Made by a program: the position numbers and the translations under genes. This document shows, in pieces, positions 40,935 through 51,454 of a stretch of DNA of 64,000 bases. How positions within the stretch are numbered: the stretch's first letter is position 1; each line of letters begins with the position of its first letter. Origin of the DNA: an uncultured Chthonomonadaceae bacterium (GTDB lineage Bacteria; Armatimonadota; Chthonomonadetes; Chthonomonadales; Chthonomonadaceae). The stretch is from contig CAWIEK010000030.1 in the NCBI GenBank assembly GCA_963835065.1, forward strand, positions 1 through 64,000, given 5' to 3'. Under the pieces are notes generated by a model. That model was not told the origin of the DNA. It worked only from the letters and a program-made list of their open reading frames with translations, and did no database searches.

Positions 40935-43579
40935 GCCTCTTCTGGACAGATGGCGTATTCAATGGCTTGCTGCAAAGTCAGGGAGCGGCCTGTCGCGTAG
41001 ACTTGCTCAAACGTCTCCTCCCCTAGCATTTGCCGCAGTTCGATCAGCGTCCGCGCGATTTCTTCCCCGTCTCTGGCGGGGAGAGGCGCTCCCAGGGCTT
41101 CACGGAGCGCCGTCGCCGCGCCATAAAGCTGTGTGGCGCGCTCCGGTTGCTGCCGCATTTTGGCAAGCCCGGCAAAGCCTTCCAAAGCGTAGGGCGTGAC
41201 AAACTTCTCTTCCAGACTGCGGCAGAGAGTAAGACACTCGACCAGGCACACGTACGCGCTGTCGCCGTCACTCTGCTGTAAGGCTGTAAGTCCGAGGTTG
41301 CCCAGCGTGATGGCAATGCCATGCGAGTCCTCCAATTCGCGGCGCAGGGCCAGGCTTTCTTCATGGAGCGCGCGGGCAAGTTCGTGGTTATTAACGTCCT
41401 GCGCCAGCAGTCCCAGATGCCCAAGCGCGCGGGCAATGCCCTGTTTGTCGCCCATTTCACGATGCAGTGCGAGGCTTTCCTCCTGTAACGAATGCGCGCG
41501 GCCAGGGTCGCCCTGCTCCTGCGCCAGCAGCCCCAAATTGCACAGCGCCACAGCAATGCCCTGTTTGTCGCCCAACGCGCGTTGTATTTCCAGGCACTCC
41601 TCATGGAAGAGACGCGCCTGCTCCATCTCCCCTTGCAAATGCGCCAGATTCCCGGCTCCGGTGAGCGCGTCGGCGCGCGCCAGGGTTGGGAATTGCGCGT
41701 CAGGGCGGTTGAGCAGAGCGTTCAAAACAGCGCGTATCTCCCCGCGATAACCGCGAATTAAAAACAGTCTCCACAAGGCTCCGGCAAAGCGCAGCCCGAT
41801 CTCGGCGCTTTCGGCCTCTTCACAGCAAAAGTTCAGGGCGGCGCGCAGGTTGTCCATTTCCGCTTCCAACTGGGACAGAGCAGCCGTCTGAGAAGCGCCA
41901 CGCAACTTGGGTCTGGCATCTTCGGCCAGCGCCAGGTAATAATCCCGATGCCGCTTGCGCGCAAAGTTACTCTGCCCGCTTGCCAACAGTTTTTCACTGG
42001 CGTACTGCCGAATGGTTTCCAGCAGGCGGTAACGCGATTCGCCCCGGCTTTCTTCGCAGACGACCAGGGATTTGTCCACCAGCGCGGACAGCAAATCCAG
42101 CGTGTCCCACGCTTCCATGTCCTCGCCTGTGGCGACCTGTTCGCAGGCTTCCAGTGTCCAGCCGCCGGCGAAAACAGACAGGCGGCCCAGCAGCGCCTTT
42201 TCCTGATCGTTCAGCAAGTCGTAGCTCCAGTCAATCAGCGCGCGCAGCGTTTGCTGGCGCGGCAAAGCGGTACGGCTGCCGCCCGTGAGCAGGCGGAAGC
42301 AGTCCTCCAGACGGGAAGCAATCTGTTCCACGCTCAGTACCTTTATTCGCGCGGCGGCGAGTTCAATGGCGAGCGGTATCCCGTCCAGACGGTAGCATAT
42401 CTCGGCCACAGCGGGCGCATTGGCCTCGGTAATCGTAAAATGCGACTGCAAGGCGGTCGCCCGCTCGATAAACAACTGCACGGATTCGCACTCGGTAAGC
42501 GCGGACACTCGGTTCTGGCCGGAAGGCAGTTGGCGGGGATCAAGGCGGGTCAGCGAGGGGACGTAATAGGTCACTTCCCCGGTGATGCCCAACCCTTCGC
42601 GGCTGCTGGCGAGTATGCGCAGATGGGGGCACTGCTTGAGCAGCGTGTCCGCAAATTGGGCGCAGGCGTGAATCAGATGTTCGCAGTTGTCCAGAATAAG
42701 CAACAGGGTTTTGCTTTTAAGCGTTGCCGTTAGCGTGGCAAGGAGGGAGCGCCCTGCCTCCTCGCACACGTTCAGCACGGCGGCAACGGCTTGCGGGACC
42801 AGCAGCGGGTCGGACAGGGAAGCCAGTTCCACCAGCCACACGCCATCGGCATAGTGTTCCAGGACTTCGGCCCCGACTTGCAGGGAAAACCGGGTCTTGC
42901 CCGTTCCCCCGCTGCCGGTAAGCGTCAGCAATCGCGTCTTACCCAGCAATTCTTCAACTTCGCGGAGTTGCTGTTCCCGCCCGATGAAACTGGTCATCTG
43001 CTGTGGCAGGTTGTTGGGCAGGGCGTCCAGGGATTGGAGTGGCGGAAAGTCGGAAGGCAGGTCAGGATGGAGCAGTTGATAAACGTGTTCGGGATGCTGT
43101 AAATCTTTAAGGCGGTGCGTCCCTAAAAACATCAGGTTCATGCCATCGGGCAGGCCATCGCGTACCAGTTCATAGGTTGCCTGTGACAGCAGAATCTGCC
43201 CGCCACACGCGAGGGCTACCAACCGCGCCACCCGGCTCAAATTGGGACCGAAGTAGTCGTTGTCCCGCTCCTGCGCCGTGCCTGTATGCAGGCCCATGCG
43301 TACGCGCAGGGCGCCCGTTTCTCCCCAGGCGTGGGCACACAGGGCCGTTTGCGCGGACAGGGCAGCTTTAAGAGCCTCACGGGGCGTGGCAAAGGCGGCG
43401 CACAGCCCGTCGCCAACGGTCTTGAACACCGCGCCATTGTTGGCTTCAATGGCGCGGCGCAGCAGAATCTCGTGTTCCACAAGACAGGTTGGCATCGCGT
43501 CGGGATACTGTTTCCACAGGTTGGTGCTGCCCTCAATGTCCGTGAAAAGAAAGGTAATGGTTCCGCTTGGCAGGGGCAT
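40931..43579 (-). CDS. Class III cyclase + STAND NTPase + TPR signal-transduction protein
   Basis: FTDIEGST, KTVGDG, RMGLHTG; GSGGTGKT, LILDNCEH, LDGIPLAIELAA; TPR repeats. Confidence 0.92.
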   Translation of the reverse strand: MPLPSGTITFLFTDIEGSTNLWKQYPDAMPTCLVEHEILLRRAIEANNGAVFKTVGDGLCAAFATPREALKAALSAQTALCAHAWGETGALRVRMGLHTGTAQERDNDYFGPNLSRVARLVALACGGQILLSQATYELVRDGLPDGMNLMFLGTHRLKDLQHPEHVYQLLHPDLPSDFPPLQSLDALPNNLPQQMTSFIGREQQLREVEELLGKTRLLTLTGSGGTGKTRFSLQVGAEVLEHYADGVWLVELASLSDPLLVPQAVAAVLNVCEEAGRSLLATLTATLKSKTLLLILDNCEHLIHACAQFADTLLKQCPHLRILASSREGLGITGEVTYYVPSLTRLDPRQLPSGQNRVSALTECESVQLFIERATALQSHFTITEANAPAVAEICYRLDGIPLAIELAAARIKVLSVEQIASRLEDCFRLLTGGSRTALPRQQTLRALIDWSYDLLNDQEKALLGRLSVFAGGWTLEACEQVATGEDMEAWDTLDLLSALVDKSLVVCEESRGESRYRLLETIRQYASEKLLASGQSNFARKRHRDYYLALAEDARPKLRGASQTAALSQLEAEMDNLRAALNFCCEEAESAEIGLRFAGALWRLFLIRGYRGEIRAVLNALLNRPDAQFPTLARADALTGAGNLAHLQGEMEQARLFHEECLEIQRALGDKQGIAVALCNLGLLAQEQGDPGRAHSLQEESLALHREMGDKQGIARALGHLGLLAQDVNNHELARALHEESLALRRELEDSHGIAITLGNLGLTALQQSDGDSAYVCLVECLTLCRSLEEKFVTPYALEGFAGLAKMRQQPERATQLYGAATALREALGAPLPARDGEEIARTLIELRQMLGEETFEQVYATGRSLTLQQAIEYAICPEEA

Positions 43580-43610
43580 TTCGTTCTTCCTACTGCATCT
43601 TGTATGCGCG

Positions 43611-44657
43611 TTATTGCCGTAGCCGGGGGTCAAGGGCGTCACGCAGGGCGTCACCGAAAAAGTTGAAGGCCATGACGGTCAGGGCGAGCAGCAGGCTTGG
43701 ATAGAGGAGCAGCGTGGGATGCCCCTGCATCTGTTCGCGCGCTTCGTTGATCATCCGCCCCCAGCTTGGAAACGGCGGGGCCACGCCCAATCCCAAAAAC
43801 GCCAGGGTCGCTTCCGCCAGAATCACGCCCGCCATATCCTGCGTCACCTGTACGATCAGCGGCCCCATTAGATTGGGAAACACATGCTTCCAGATAATCG
43901 TGGCGTCCGAAGCGCCGATGGCCCGCGCCGCCTCAATGTATTCCTTTTGGCGCAGCGCCAGCGCCTGCCCGCGCACCAGACGCGCCACGCCCGGCCATCC
44001 CACCGCGCCAAGCGCCACAAACAGCGTCGCCAGGCTGAGGGGCAGGGAAACCACTTTGCTGCCGGAGCGGATAACGGCCGCCAGCAGAATGGCAAGCAGA
44101 ATATCAGGAAATGCGAACACCACGTCCGTCAGTCGCATCAGGAGATTATCGCGCCAGCCGCTGTAGTATCCGGCAATCAAGCCAAGCGGCACGCCGATCA
44201 CGGCTTCAATTAAAACCACTATCGCTGCCACGCTCAACGAAATGCGCGCCCCATACAAGAGACGACTAAGTAGGTCGCGGCCTTCATTGTCGGTTCCTAA
44301 CAAGTGGCGGGCATCGGGCGGCGTGTTGACGGCAAAGTTGTAATGGCGGTAATCAATGGCTGCGTATTCCCAATGCGACAGAATGGGAGCCAGCAATGCG
44401 GCCAAAATCAGCAGCAGCATATAACCGCCGGACACCATTGCGATAGGGTTCCGCCGCAGCCGACGCCAGGTGTCCAGAAAAGGAGAAGAGGAGAAGGGGA
44501 GAAGGGGAGAAGCCGCTTCCTCTTCGGGGTTCCACGCGCTCATTTCCGTGCTTGTTTCCAAACCGGCAGGCGCGGCAATCAGCCCCGTCAAATCCGCCGA
44601 CTCTTCCCCTCTCCTTTTCTCCTTTTCTCCTCTTCTTCTTTTCTCCTCCTCTTCCAC
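43611..44657 (-). CDS. oppC: Oligopeptide ABC transporter permease
   Basis: LGTDNEGRD, EYIEAARAIGAS, FNFFGDALRDALDPR. Confidence 0.92.
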   Translation of the reverse strand: MEEEEKRRRGEKEKRRGEESADLTGLIAAPAGLETSTEMSAWNPEEEAASPLLPFSSSPFLDTWRRLRRNPIAMVSGGYMLLLILAALLAPILSHWEYAAIDYRHYNFAVNTPPDARHLLGTDNEGRDLLSRLLYGARISLSVAAIVVLIEAVIGVPLGLIAGYYSGWRDNLLMRLTDVVFAFPDILLAILLAAVIRSGSKVVSLPLSLATLFVALGAVGWPGVARLVRGQALALRQKEYIEAARAIGASDATIIWKHVFPNLMGPLIVQVTQDMAGVILAEATLAFLGLGVAPPFPSWGRMINEAREQMQGHPTLLLYPSLLLALTVMAFNFFGDALRDALDPRLRQ

Positions 44658-45652
44658 TACGCCGCTCCTTGCGCGCGCACACGCGGGTCTACCAGCGTAT
44701 ACAGCACGTCCACGACCAGGTTTACCGTCAAAAAGATGGCGGCTACGAGCAACGCCATGCCCTGAATGACGGGGTAGTCGTGTTCAAAAATGGACTGTAC
44801 GGACGCAAAGCCGATGCCTGGAACACGGAAAATGGTTTCCACCACAAACGAGCCGGTCAGCAGCAGGCCGAAGTTCGTGCCTAGAATCGTCAGCACGGGC
44901 AGAAACGAGTTTTTCAGCGCGTGTCGCCCAACTGCCTGCCCTTTCGACAGCCCTTTGGCAAGCGCCGTGCGGATATAATCCTGCCGCAACGTTTCCAGCA
45001 GCGAGGAGCGCATAAAGCGCGCAATCAGCGCGGCGGAACGCGCTCCCAGCGTTACAGTGGGCAAAATCATCGTCTTGTAAAACGGAGTGCCCACCCCGGC
45101 GATAAAGAATTGCTGCTGTGGGACTTGCCAGCCACTCACGGGCAATAACTGCCATTTCACGGCGACCACCAGCACCAGCAACGGCCCCAACACGATGCTT
45201 GGCACGGACACCAGCATGACCACGAGGGTCATAATCACCCGGTCACACCAACGATTGTGATACAAAGCCGCCAGAACACCGGCGGGAAGCCCGACCAGCA
45301 TCGCAAACAGCAGGGACTGAAGCGCCAACTGCGCCGTTGCAGGAAAATCCTGCCGTATCATCAGCGTCACGGGCAGGCGGTCATGCGTGGGGTCATTGGC
45401 TCTGAAGGCCAATCCCAGGTCGCCATGCAGCGCGCCGCCCACATAGTGAACAAACTGCGCGGCAATCGGCTGATCCAGGCCGTACCGATGGCGCATCAGC
45501 GCTTTGGTGTCTGCCGACGCCTTTTCCCCCGCGATAATATCTACCGGGTCTGTGGGCGTCAAGCGCGCCGTCCAGAACACCACCAGCAGAATAATCAGCA
45601 GGGTGGGAAGGGCCAGGGCGATACGTTTTAGAAGGAAGAGGAGCATAGGCAT
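44657..45652 (-). CDS. oppB: Oligopeptide ABC transporter permease
   Basis: DYIRTALAKGL, VETIF..PGIG, DYPVIQG, DPRVR. Confidence 0.92.
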   Translation of the reverse strand: MPMLLFLLKRIALALPTLLIILLVVFWTARLTPTDPVDIIAGEKASADTKALMRHRYGLDQPIAAQFVHYVGGALHGDLGLAFRANDPTHDRLPVTLMIRQDFPATAQLALQSLLFAMLVGLPAGVLAALYHNRWCDRVIMTLVVMLVSVPSIVLGPLLVLVVAVKWQLLPVSGWQVPQQQFFIAGVGTPFYKTMILPTVTLGARSAALIARFMRSSLLETLRQDYIRTALAKGLSKGQAVGRHALKNSFLPVLTILGTNFGLLLTGSFVVETIFRVPGIGFASVQSIFEHDYPVIQGMALLVAAIFLTVNLVVDVLYTLVDPRVRAQGAA

Positions 45653-45750
45653 TAGGCATCAGGCATTAGGCATCAGGCATTAGAAATCAGGATAAGCCTT
45701 ATTCGTTAAGCGTATTTTCCTGATGCCTAATGCCTGATGCCTAATGCCTA
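45646..45750. repeat. Inverted heptamer arrays (YAGGCAT)x6 ... (ATGCCTR)x4 filling the oppA-oppB gap
   Basis: Runs from the oppA stop to the oppB start. Confidence 0.9.
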
Positions 45751-47523
45751 CTGAACCGTCGTCGTAATATGCGGCAGATGTCCGAACAGGCTGTCGCGGA
45801 GGTTTTGGACGCGGGGGCGCACCAGTTCCAGGTCGCGCTGGAAGTAGATGGGAATCCAGGGCGCGTCGTCAACGGCGATTTGCTCCGCCTGCTGATACAT
45901 CGCCATGCGTTTGGGATGGTCATGTTCCACGTCGGCTTTGTCGCACAGCGCATCGTACTGCGGGTTGCTGTAGCCGAACTCGTTTTCCTCGTGATCGTCC
46001 TTGCCGTTCACTTTTTTACTCGTATGCAGCAGCAGGGACAGATAGTTTTGCGGGTCGTTGTAGTCCGCGCCCCAGCGCTGATGCAGAATGGGCAGCGTTT
46101 TGGTACGCCCCACTTTGAGCATATCGTCCCAGGTCATGGGCTGTGGCTGCATTTCAACGCCGAGATTTTCTTTTAGCTGCTGCGCTACGTTTTCCACCGT
46201 CGCCTGCACCTGTGGATAATCGTTACGGAAGGCAATGGGCAGTTTGGGAAAGCCTTTGCCATCCGGGTAGCCTGCCGCTGCCAGCAGTTTTTTAGCCTGA
46301 GCCGGATCGTAGGGCAGCATCTTGCACGTGGAAACGTAATCGCCCAGGTGCGGCGGCACGATTCCCGTTGCCTCATCCGCCTGTCCCTTCAAAACCACTT
46401 TGATAATCGCGTCGCGGTCAATCGCCATCGCAAACGCGCGCCGAACGTCCCGGTTCTTGAACGGCGAGTCGGCGGCGTCCTGATTCAATCCGATATACCA
46501 CGTGGCGGCGCGGGCAAAGGATTTCAAACCGGACTTGAGGTTCGGGTCCCCGTTCACGCGATCCAGGTCGCCCGGAGATATTTCTACGATGTCGAGTTCT
46601 CCCGCCGCGTAACTGTTAAGCCGCGTACTGCCATCCGTCATAATCGGGCGGGAGATGCCGTCCAGTTTGGGCTTGCCCGCATAATAGTTCGGGTTGGCTT
46701 CCAGCGTGACCGCGTTGCGCTTCTCATAACTCTTGAACTGAAACGGACCGGCGCCAATCGCGGAGTCAATGGTAATCGCGCCGCCGGTTTTGGCAATCTC
46801 CTCTTTGCAAACGGGCGCGGAACACAAATAGGTCATGTTGCCGAGCCAGTAGGGTTTGAAGCCGGTGAGGGTGATTTGCAGCGTGTAGGGATCAACGACT
46901 TTCACGCCTTCCATTGGCGGAGCCGCGCCCTGTTCTTTTTTGTGGTGCAGCAGCGCGTCCGCGCCCTTGATGTCACCCAGATAGTCGGCGGCAATGGGAG
47001 AATTGGTTTCGGGGTTGCAGGCGCGCTCGATGCTGTACTTGAAATCCTCAGCCGTAACCTCGCGCCCGTTCTTGTGGAACTTCACGCCATGCCGCAGGTG
47101 AAAGGTGTAGGTCGCGCCATCCGGGCTGATGTCCCATTTTTCGGCTAATCCGGGCGCGATATTGTTCTGAACATCCCATTTCACCAGCCCCTCGTAAACC
47201 TGCTGCAAGAGGTCAATCGTCGTGCCGTCACGGACAACGGCGGGGTCCAGCGTGGTCGGGTCGGAGAAGAGCGGGTAGCGCAGCATGTTGCCGGCCGCTT
47301 TGCTGTTGGCCGAGGCGCCGCTTCCGCCCGCCGTCTCATTGCCGCCACCCTTGCCGGTTGTGCAGCCGGATACCAGTAAAAGCGCCAATCCTGCCAGCGA
47401 CAGACGCGCCCCTATTGACTTAGCGCGGGGCGCTCTGAACGACTTCTTCAGCGAGTTACCCGGCAAGCTATCCGGTGAATTATCCATTAAGCTGTTTATC
47501 AAGGGGAAACCTGATCCCTTCAC
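45748..47523 (-). CDS. oppA: Peptide ABC transporter substrate-binding lipoprotein (family 5)
   Basis: LVSGC lipobox, TLDP, PGLAEKWDISPDGATYTFHLR, WGADYNDP; start uncertain. Confidence 0.92.
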   Translation of the reverse strand: MKGSGFPLINSLMDNSPDSLPGNSLKKSFRAPRAKSIGARLSLAGLALLLVSGCTTGKGGGNETAGGSGASANSKAAGNMLRYPLFSDPTTLDPAVVRDGTTIDLLQQVYEGLVKWDVQNNIAPGLAEKWDISPDGATYTFHLRHGVKFHKNGREVTAEDFKYSIERACNPETNSPIAADYLGDIKGADALLHHKKEQGAAPPMEGVKVVDPYTLQITLTGFKPYWLGNMTYLCSAPVCKEEIAKTGGAITIDSAIGAGPFQFKSYEKRNAVTLEANPNYYAGKPKLDGISRPIMTDGSTRLNSYAAGELDIVEISPGDLDRVNGDPNLKSGLKSFARAATWYIGLNQDAADSPFKNRDVRRAFAMAIDRDAIIKVVLKGQADEATGIVPPHLGDYVSTCKMLPYDPAQAKKLLAAAGYPDGKGFPKLPIAFRNDYPQVQATVENVAQQLKENLGVEMQPQPMTWDDMLKVGRTKTLPILHQRWGADYNDPQNYLSLLLHTSKKVNGKDDHEENEFGYSNPQYDALCDKADVEHDHPKRMAMYQQAEQIAVDDAPWIPIYFQRDLELVRPRVQNLRDSLFGHLPHITTTVQ

Positions 47524-48156
47524 GGCGCAATCTCCTTACCTGCAATCACCCGAAAGTTGAATTACTTTGTCTTCACATCCTATTGTACCCAAAGACAGCG
47601 GATTTCCTGCTTGCCTGCGAGTTTAGGAGCGCGATTCACAATTCAGGCAACGCCACAACACCGATAAATGTGAACACCTTATCGCTTGCGCTCGTCTTAT
47701 GGATAGGCAGCGCCGTGTGAAGTCTCTAAAATAACCGAGGAACCTGACCGATGCGCCTGAAATTCTGTAAAAGACCAAAAGTATGTACGCTTTTACGCGC
47801 TTGCTTGCAGGAATCTGGAGACAACAAAAAGAATCTGTTTCTGTAACGAATAAGAGCGCCTTGCGTACTATGAGTGTCTGCTTGCTCATGAGCGACAACA
47901 ATCCGGCGAACCACTCAGGTTCGCGCGCCGTAAAGATACAGCCATTGGCTTCAAGCGAATTGCAAGAAAGTCGTTGGCTGCAAGTCATTAAATTGCAAAT
48001 TAAGCCGTTGAGAGTTGAGAGTTCGTAATTGGTAACAAAGCAGGAACTACGAACTTGCAGTGCCCCTCCGTTCGGCTTGCAATGTGATGACGTAAAATCA
48101 GCGGCGCAGCACGTCGTTCGGCAGTGATGTACAGCAGCGCGGAAGGGGGTTCCGTC

Positions 48157-49353
48157 ATGGTTTCACCCGCCTCAACAGCTTTGCTTGCAAACGAAGACCG
48201 CAGAGAATACGAAACACGGGAAAAATACGACGCACGGGAAGAACACAACGACATGGATATACCCGGTTACCCATCCAGTGAACACGCGCCGCGACGACGG
48301 CGAACGGGCGGCGGACGACGGCGCAAATCCGAAACGGCCGCGCTGCTCCCGGCTGGCATCGGCGGCAATTCCGCCGAAATGGACACGTCCCAGGTGCGCC
48401 GCCTGCTGGAAGATTTTGTACCCGAAGACGAAGAACCCGCCGCTCTGGAAGCGCATGACGAGATTTCTCCGATGGAGCAGCGCATGCGGGCGCGTTCGGG
48501 ACATCCCGGCGTCACATCGGTTCCCGATGACATTCATTCGTCTGTATTGCAGCCCGGCGGCAAAACCGCGCTGCTGACGCCCTGCCAGGAAATCATTCTC
48601 GCCCGCCGTATCGAGCATGGCGACCATGTTGCCAAAGACGCGCTCGTCAACAGCAATTTGCGGCTTGTCACGTCCATTGCGCAGCGCTATCAGGGGCGCG
48701 GGCTGGCGATGGAAGACTTGATGCAGGAAGGCGTTATCGGCTTGATCCGCGCGGCGGAAAAATTCAATTGGCGGCGCGGCTTCCGCTTCAGCACGTATGC
48801 CACGCACTGGATTCGGCAAACGATTATGCGCGCGATTGCCAATTCCGGGCGCAGTATCCGCCTGCCCGCGTATGTCGTGGACACCATTGGACGCCTGACG
48901 CGCATACGCGGCGAACTGGAAAACTCGCTCGGACGCGCGCCGTCACGGGCGGAATTGGCGCAGGCGGCGGGGATGCAGGAAGACCAGCTTATCGAACTGC
49001 TGCAAAGCATGGTGGAACCGGCCTCATTGGATACGCCATTGGGCGATGACGGCGAGCGCAGCCTGGCCGAAATCATTCCCGCCGAAGAAAACCAAAGTCC
49101 GTCCGCCCGCGTGTTCCGCCATGCCGTGCAGGAAGAAGTGGCCCGCGCCCTGAAAAGCCTGACGCCCCGCGAACAGGAAGTGCTGCGCCTGCGCTTCGGC
49201 CTCAACGGTCACGAGCCGCACACGCTGGAACAAATCGGCAAGGAACTGCACATGACCCGCGAACGCGCCCGGCAACTGGAACTGCAGGCGCTGGAAAAAC
49301 TGCGCGGCAACCGCGCCGGCGCGCGCTTGAAGGAAACGCTGGCGAGTGAGTGA
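48157..49353 (+). CDS. RpoD/RpoS-like sigma-70 factor
   Basis: [37 protein letters not shown], region 4 TLEQIG...TRERARQ; start uncertain. Confidence 0.92.
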   Translation: MVSPASTALLANEDRREYETREKYDAREEHNDMDIPGYPSSEHAPRRRRTGGGRRRKSETAALLPAGIGGNSAEMDTSQVRRLLEDFVPEDEEPAALEAHDEISPMEQRMRARSGHPGVTSVPDDIHSSVLQPGGKTALLTPCQEIILARRIEHGDHVAKDALVNSNLRLVTSIAQRYQGRGLAMEDLMQEGVIGLIRAAEKFNWRRGFRFSTYATHWIRQTIMRAIANSGRSIRLPAYVVDTIGRLTRIRGELENSLGRAPSRAELAQAAGMQEDQLIELLQSMVEPASLDTPLGDDGERSLAEIIPAEENQSPSARVFRHAVQEEVARALKSLTPREQEVLRLRFGLNGHEPHTLEQIGKELHMTRERARQLELQALEKLRGNRAGARLKETLASE

Positions 49354-49498
49354 GGCAGAAGGCAGAAGACAGAAGAAATGCCTGTTTACTACAAGCCTGG
49401 TGGAGTTGCAGGAACATCAAGATACGGGAGACGCGGATGTACACACGATTTGTGTGACCGGCAATGACCGAAGAGCCTCTCCCAAGAGGCGCGGCGTT

Positions 49499-49564
49499 TG
49501 CGTCTGAGGGACGCTTGACCTTTCCTGCCGGGAATTTTCAATTCCCGGCCTGTTGGATAGGCGC
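49499..49564. repeat. REP-family copy
   Basis: TGCGTCTGAGGGACGCTTGACCTTTCCTGCCGGGAATTTTCAATTCCCGGCCTGTTGGATAGGC. Confidence 0.75.
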
Positions 49565-49659
49565 TAAGTTTGCAAAGCAGAACAGCCCCGCGTAAGCAGT
49601 CATGCCGCGCGGGGCTTTCCTTTTGCTGTTTGCCGGCGGGAGGCTTGTACGTTACGCGC

Positions 49660-50553
49660 ATGGAACTCTACCAACTGGAAGCCTTTGAAGCCATTGTTGC
49701 GCATGGCAGTTTTACCCGCGCCGCGGAAGCCCTGAGCCTGAGCCAACCGGCGGTCACGCGCCAGATCGCCGGCTTGGAAGCGGAATTAAAGACGCCGCTC
49801 TTTGACCGCCTGGGACGCGCGGTGCAAATGACGGCGGCAGGCGAGGCGCTGCATCGCTACGCCGAAACCATGATGCGCCTGTCTCAGGAAGCGCGGCAGG
49901 CGGTGGCGGACGTGAGCGCGGGCGAAGCGGGGCGCGTCAGCGTGGGCGCGAGCAATACGCTGGCGACGTATGTTCTGCCGCCCCTGCTGCGGCAGTTTCG
50001 GCAGGCGCGTCCCCGCGTGGAGATTGCGATACAAACGGGAGTTTCAGCGCAGATTTTAGAGTTGGTGCGGGCAGGGGAAGCCGACATCGGGCTGGTAACG
50101 GGCGAGATACGCGATCCGCTGCTGCTGACGACGTTTCTGGCGGAGTATGAAACGCGGGTCGTGGTTTCGGTGGGGCATCCTCTGGCGCGGCTGACCTCGG
50201 TAAGCGCGTCGCAACTGGCGGGCAGCCCCTTGATTTTGATGGAATCGGGAACCAACCTGCGCACGTATGTAGATCGGCTGCTCAACGAGGCGGGCGTGGA
50301 AGAGCAAGTCGCGCTGGAACTGGATAACGTCGAGGCCATCAAGCGCATGATCGAAGCAGAGTTGGGCATCTCGCTGCTGCCGGAAGTGGCCGTGCGCCGG
50401 GAAGTGGCGACAGGGCGGCTCGTGGCCCTCAAACTGACCGACGTGCCCCGCGCCAAGCGCCAAATTGCTCTCGTACACCGCCGCGACAAATACCTGTCCG
50501 TCGCCCTGAAAGCGTTTATGGAGATGCTGGGGAAAGTGAAAAGCGGGGAGTGA
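49660..50553 (+). CDS. LysR family transcriptional regulator
   Basis: GSFTRAAEALSLSQPAVTRQIAGLEAEL..PLFDR. Confidence 0.95.
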   Translation: MELYQLEAFEAIVAHGSFTRAAEALSLSQPAVTRQIAGLEAELKTPLFDRLGRAVQMTAAGEALHRYAETMMRLSQEARQAVADVSAGEAGRVSVGASNTLATYVLPPLLRQFRQARPRVEIAIQTGVSAQILELVRAGEADIGLVTGEIRDPLLLTTFLAEYETRVVVSVGHPLARLTSVSASQLAGSPLILMESGTNLRTYVDRLLNEAGVEEQVALELDNVEAIKRMIEAELGISLLPEVAVRREVATGRLVALKLTDVPRAKRQIALVHRRDKYLSVALKAFMEMLGKVKSGE

Positions 50554-50669
50554 AGAGTGGCAGAAGTGGAGAGTGAGAGTACAAGTACAATCAGGCGTCG
50601 TTGATCGCGCGCTTTTGGCGTATAATGTGAGTATGGCATTGTACGTTGCTGTAACATAGGAGTTGAACA

Positions 50670-50939
50670 ATGGTAGTTGTCAGTGAACCCCGACTTAGCA
50701 TCGCGCAACTCGTCGCGCAGGCGAAGGCCACCAGTGAGCCTGTCGTACTTACGACCAACGGAGAAGCAGAGGTTGTTCTTCTGACGCCGGAAGCATATCA
50801 GGCGTTGCTTGATCGCATAGACCTGTTGGATAGCGTAATCGGCTTTTACAAAGCCGAACTTCAGTTTGAACGTGGCGAGTCACGCCCGGCTCGCGAAGCG
50901 CTGGAGGAGATAGGCCGCAAACATGGCATTCTACCTTGA
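50670..50939 (+). CDS. Phd/YefM family antitoxin
   Basis: EPVVLTTNGEAEVVLLTPEAY; overlaps the toxin gene. Confidence 0.85.
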   Translation: MVVVSEPRLSIAQLVAQAKATSEPVVLTTNGEAEVVLLTPEAYQALLDRIDLLDSVIGFYKAELQFERGESRPAREALEEIGRKHGILP

Positions 50940-51279
50940 TTTCTCTGATGCCGCCTCAATGGACGCGCAGGACGCGCTTGCCTGGATGGAGCAACATTCT
51001 CCAAAGTATGCTGCGGATTGGTACATCGGTCTTATGGATGCTATTTTCTCGCTGGAGGAGATGCCGCGTCGCTGCCCATTCGCGCCCGAAAACGATTTTT
51101 CTACTCGTGAAGTTCGTCAACTGTTTTACACAAAGCGCAGTGTTACCTACAGGATTGTTTTCGTAATTGTGAAGGAAGCGACGGACGAGGAGGCAGGTGA
51201 ACTCCGGGTATATCGTATCCGGCATGGAGCGCAACGTCCTCTAACCGCCGGTGAGTTTAAGCAAGGTGAGAAAGATTGA
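50923..51279 (+). CDS. RelE/ParE family toxin
   Basis: SLEEMPRRCPFAPE, YRIVF, RIRHGAQ. Confidence 0.85.
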   Translation: MAFYLDFSDAASMDAQDALAWMEQHSPKYAADWYIGLMDAIFSLEEMPRRCPFAPENDFSTREVRQLFYTKRSVTYRIVFVIVKEATDEEAGELRVYRIRHGAQRPLTAGEFKQGEKD

Positions 51280-51454
51280 AACCGTTTTTGTTGTATAATG
51301 TAACGGCTGTTGCCTGTTGTTTCAGAAACGACGTGTAGTGTCGCTGCTTCGTACCCAATCTGGCGCGCTGCATTTTAGCAACCAACCATTTTCACCTATT
51401 TGCAGGAACCGTTTAGCCGGAACCGTTGAGAACACGTTTTGAGGGAAGTAGCTT

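Noticed and set aside
47623..48120. Short ORFs or ncRNA between oppA and the sigma gene
   Set aside because: No coding signal or recognisable RNA family; consistent with divergent promoters
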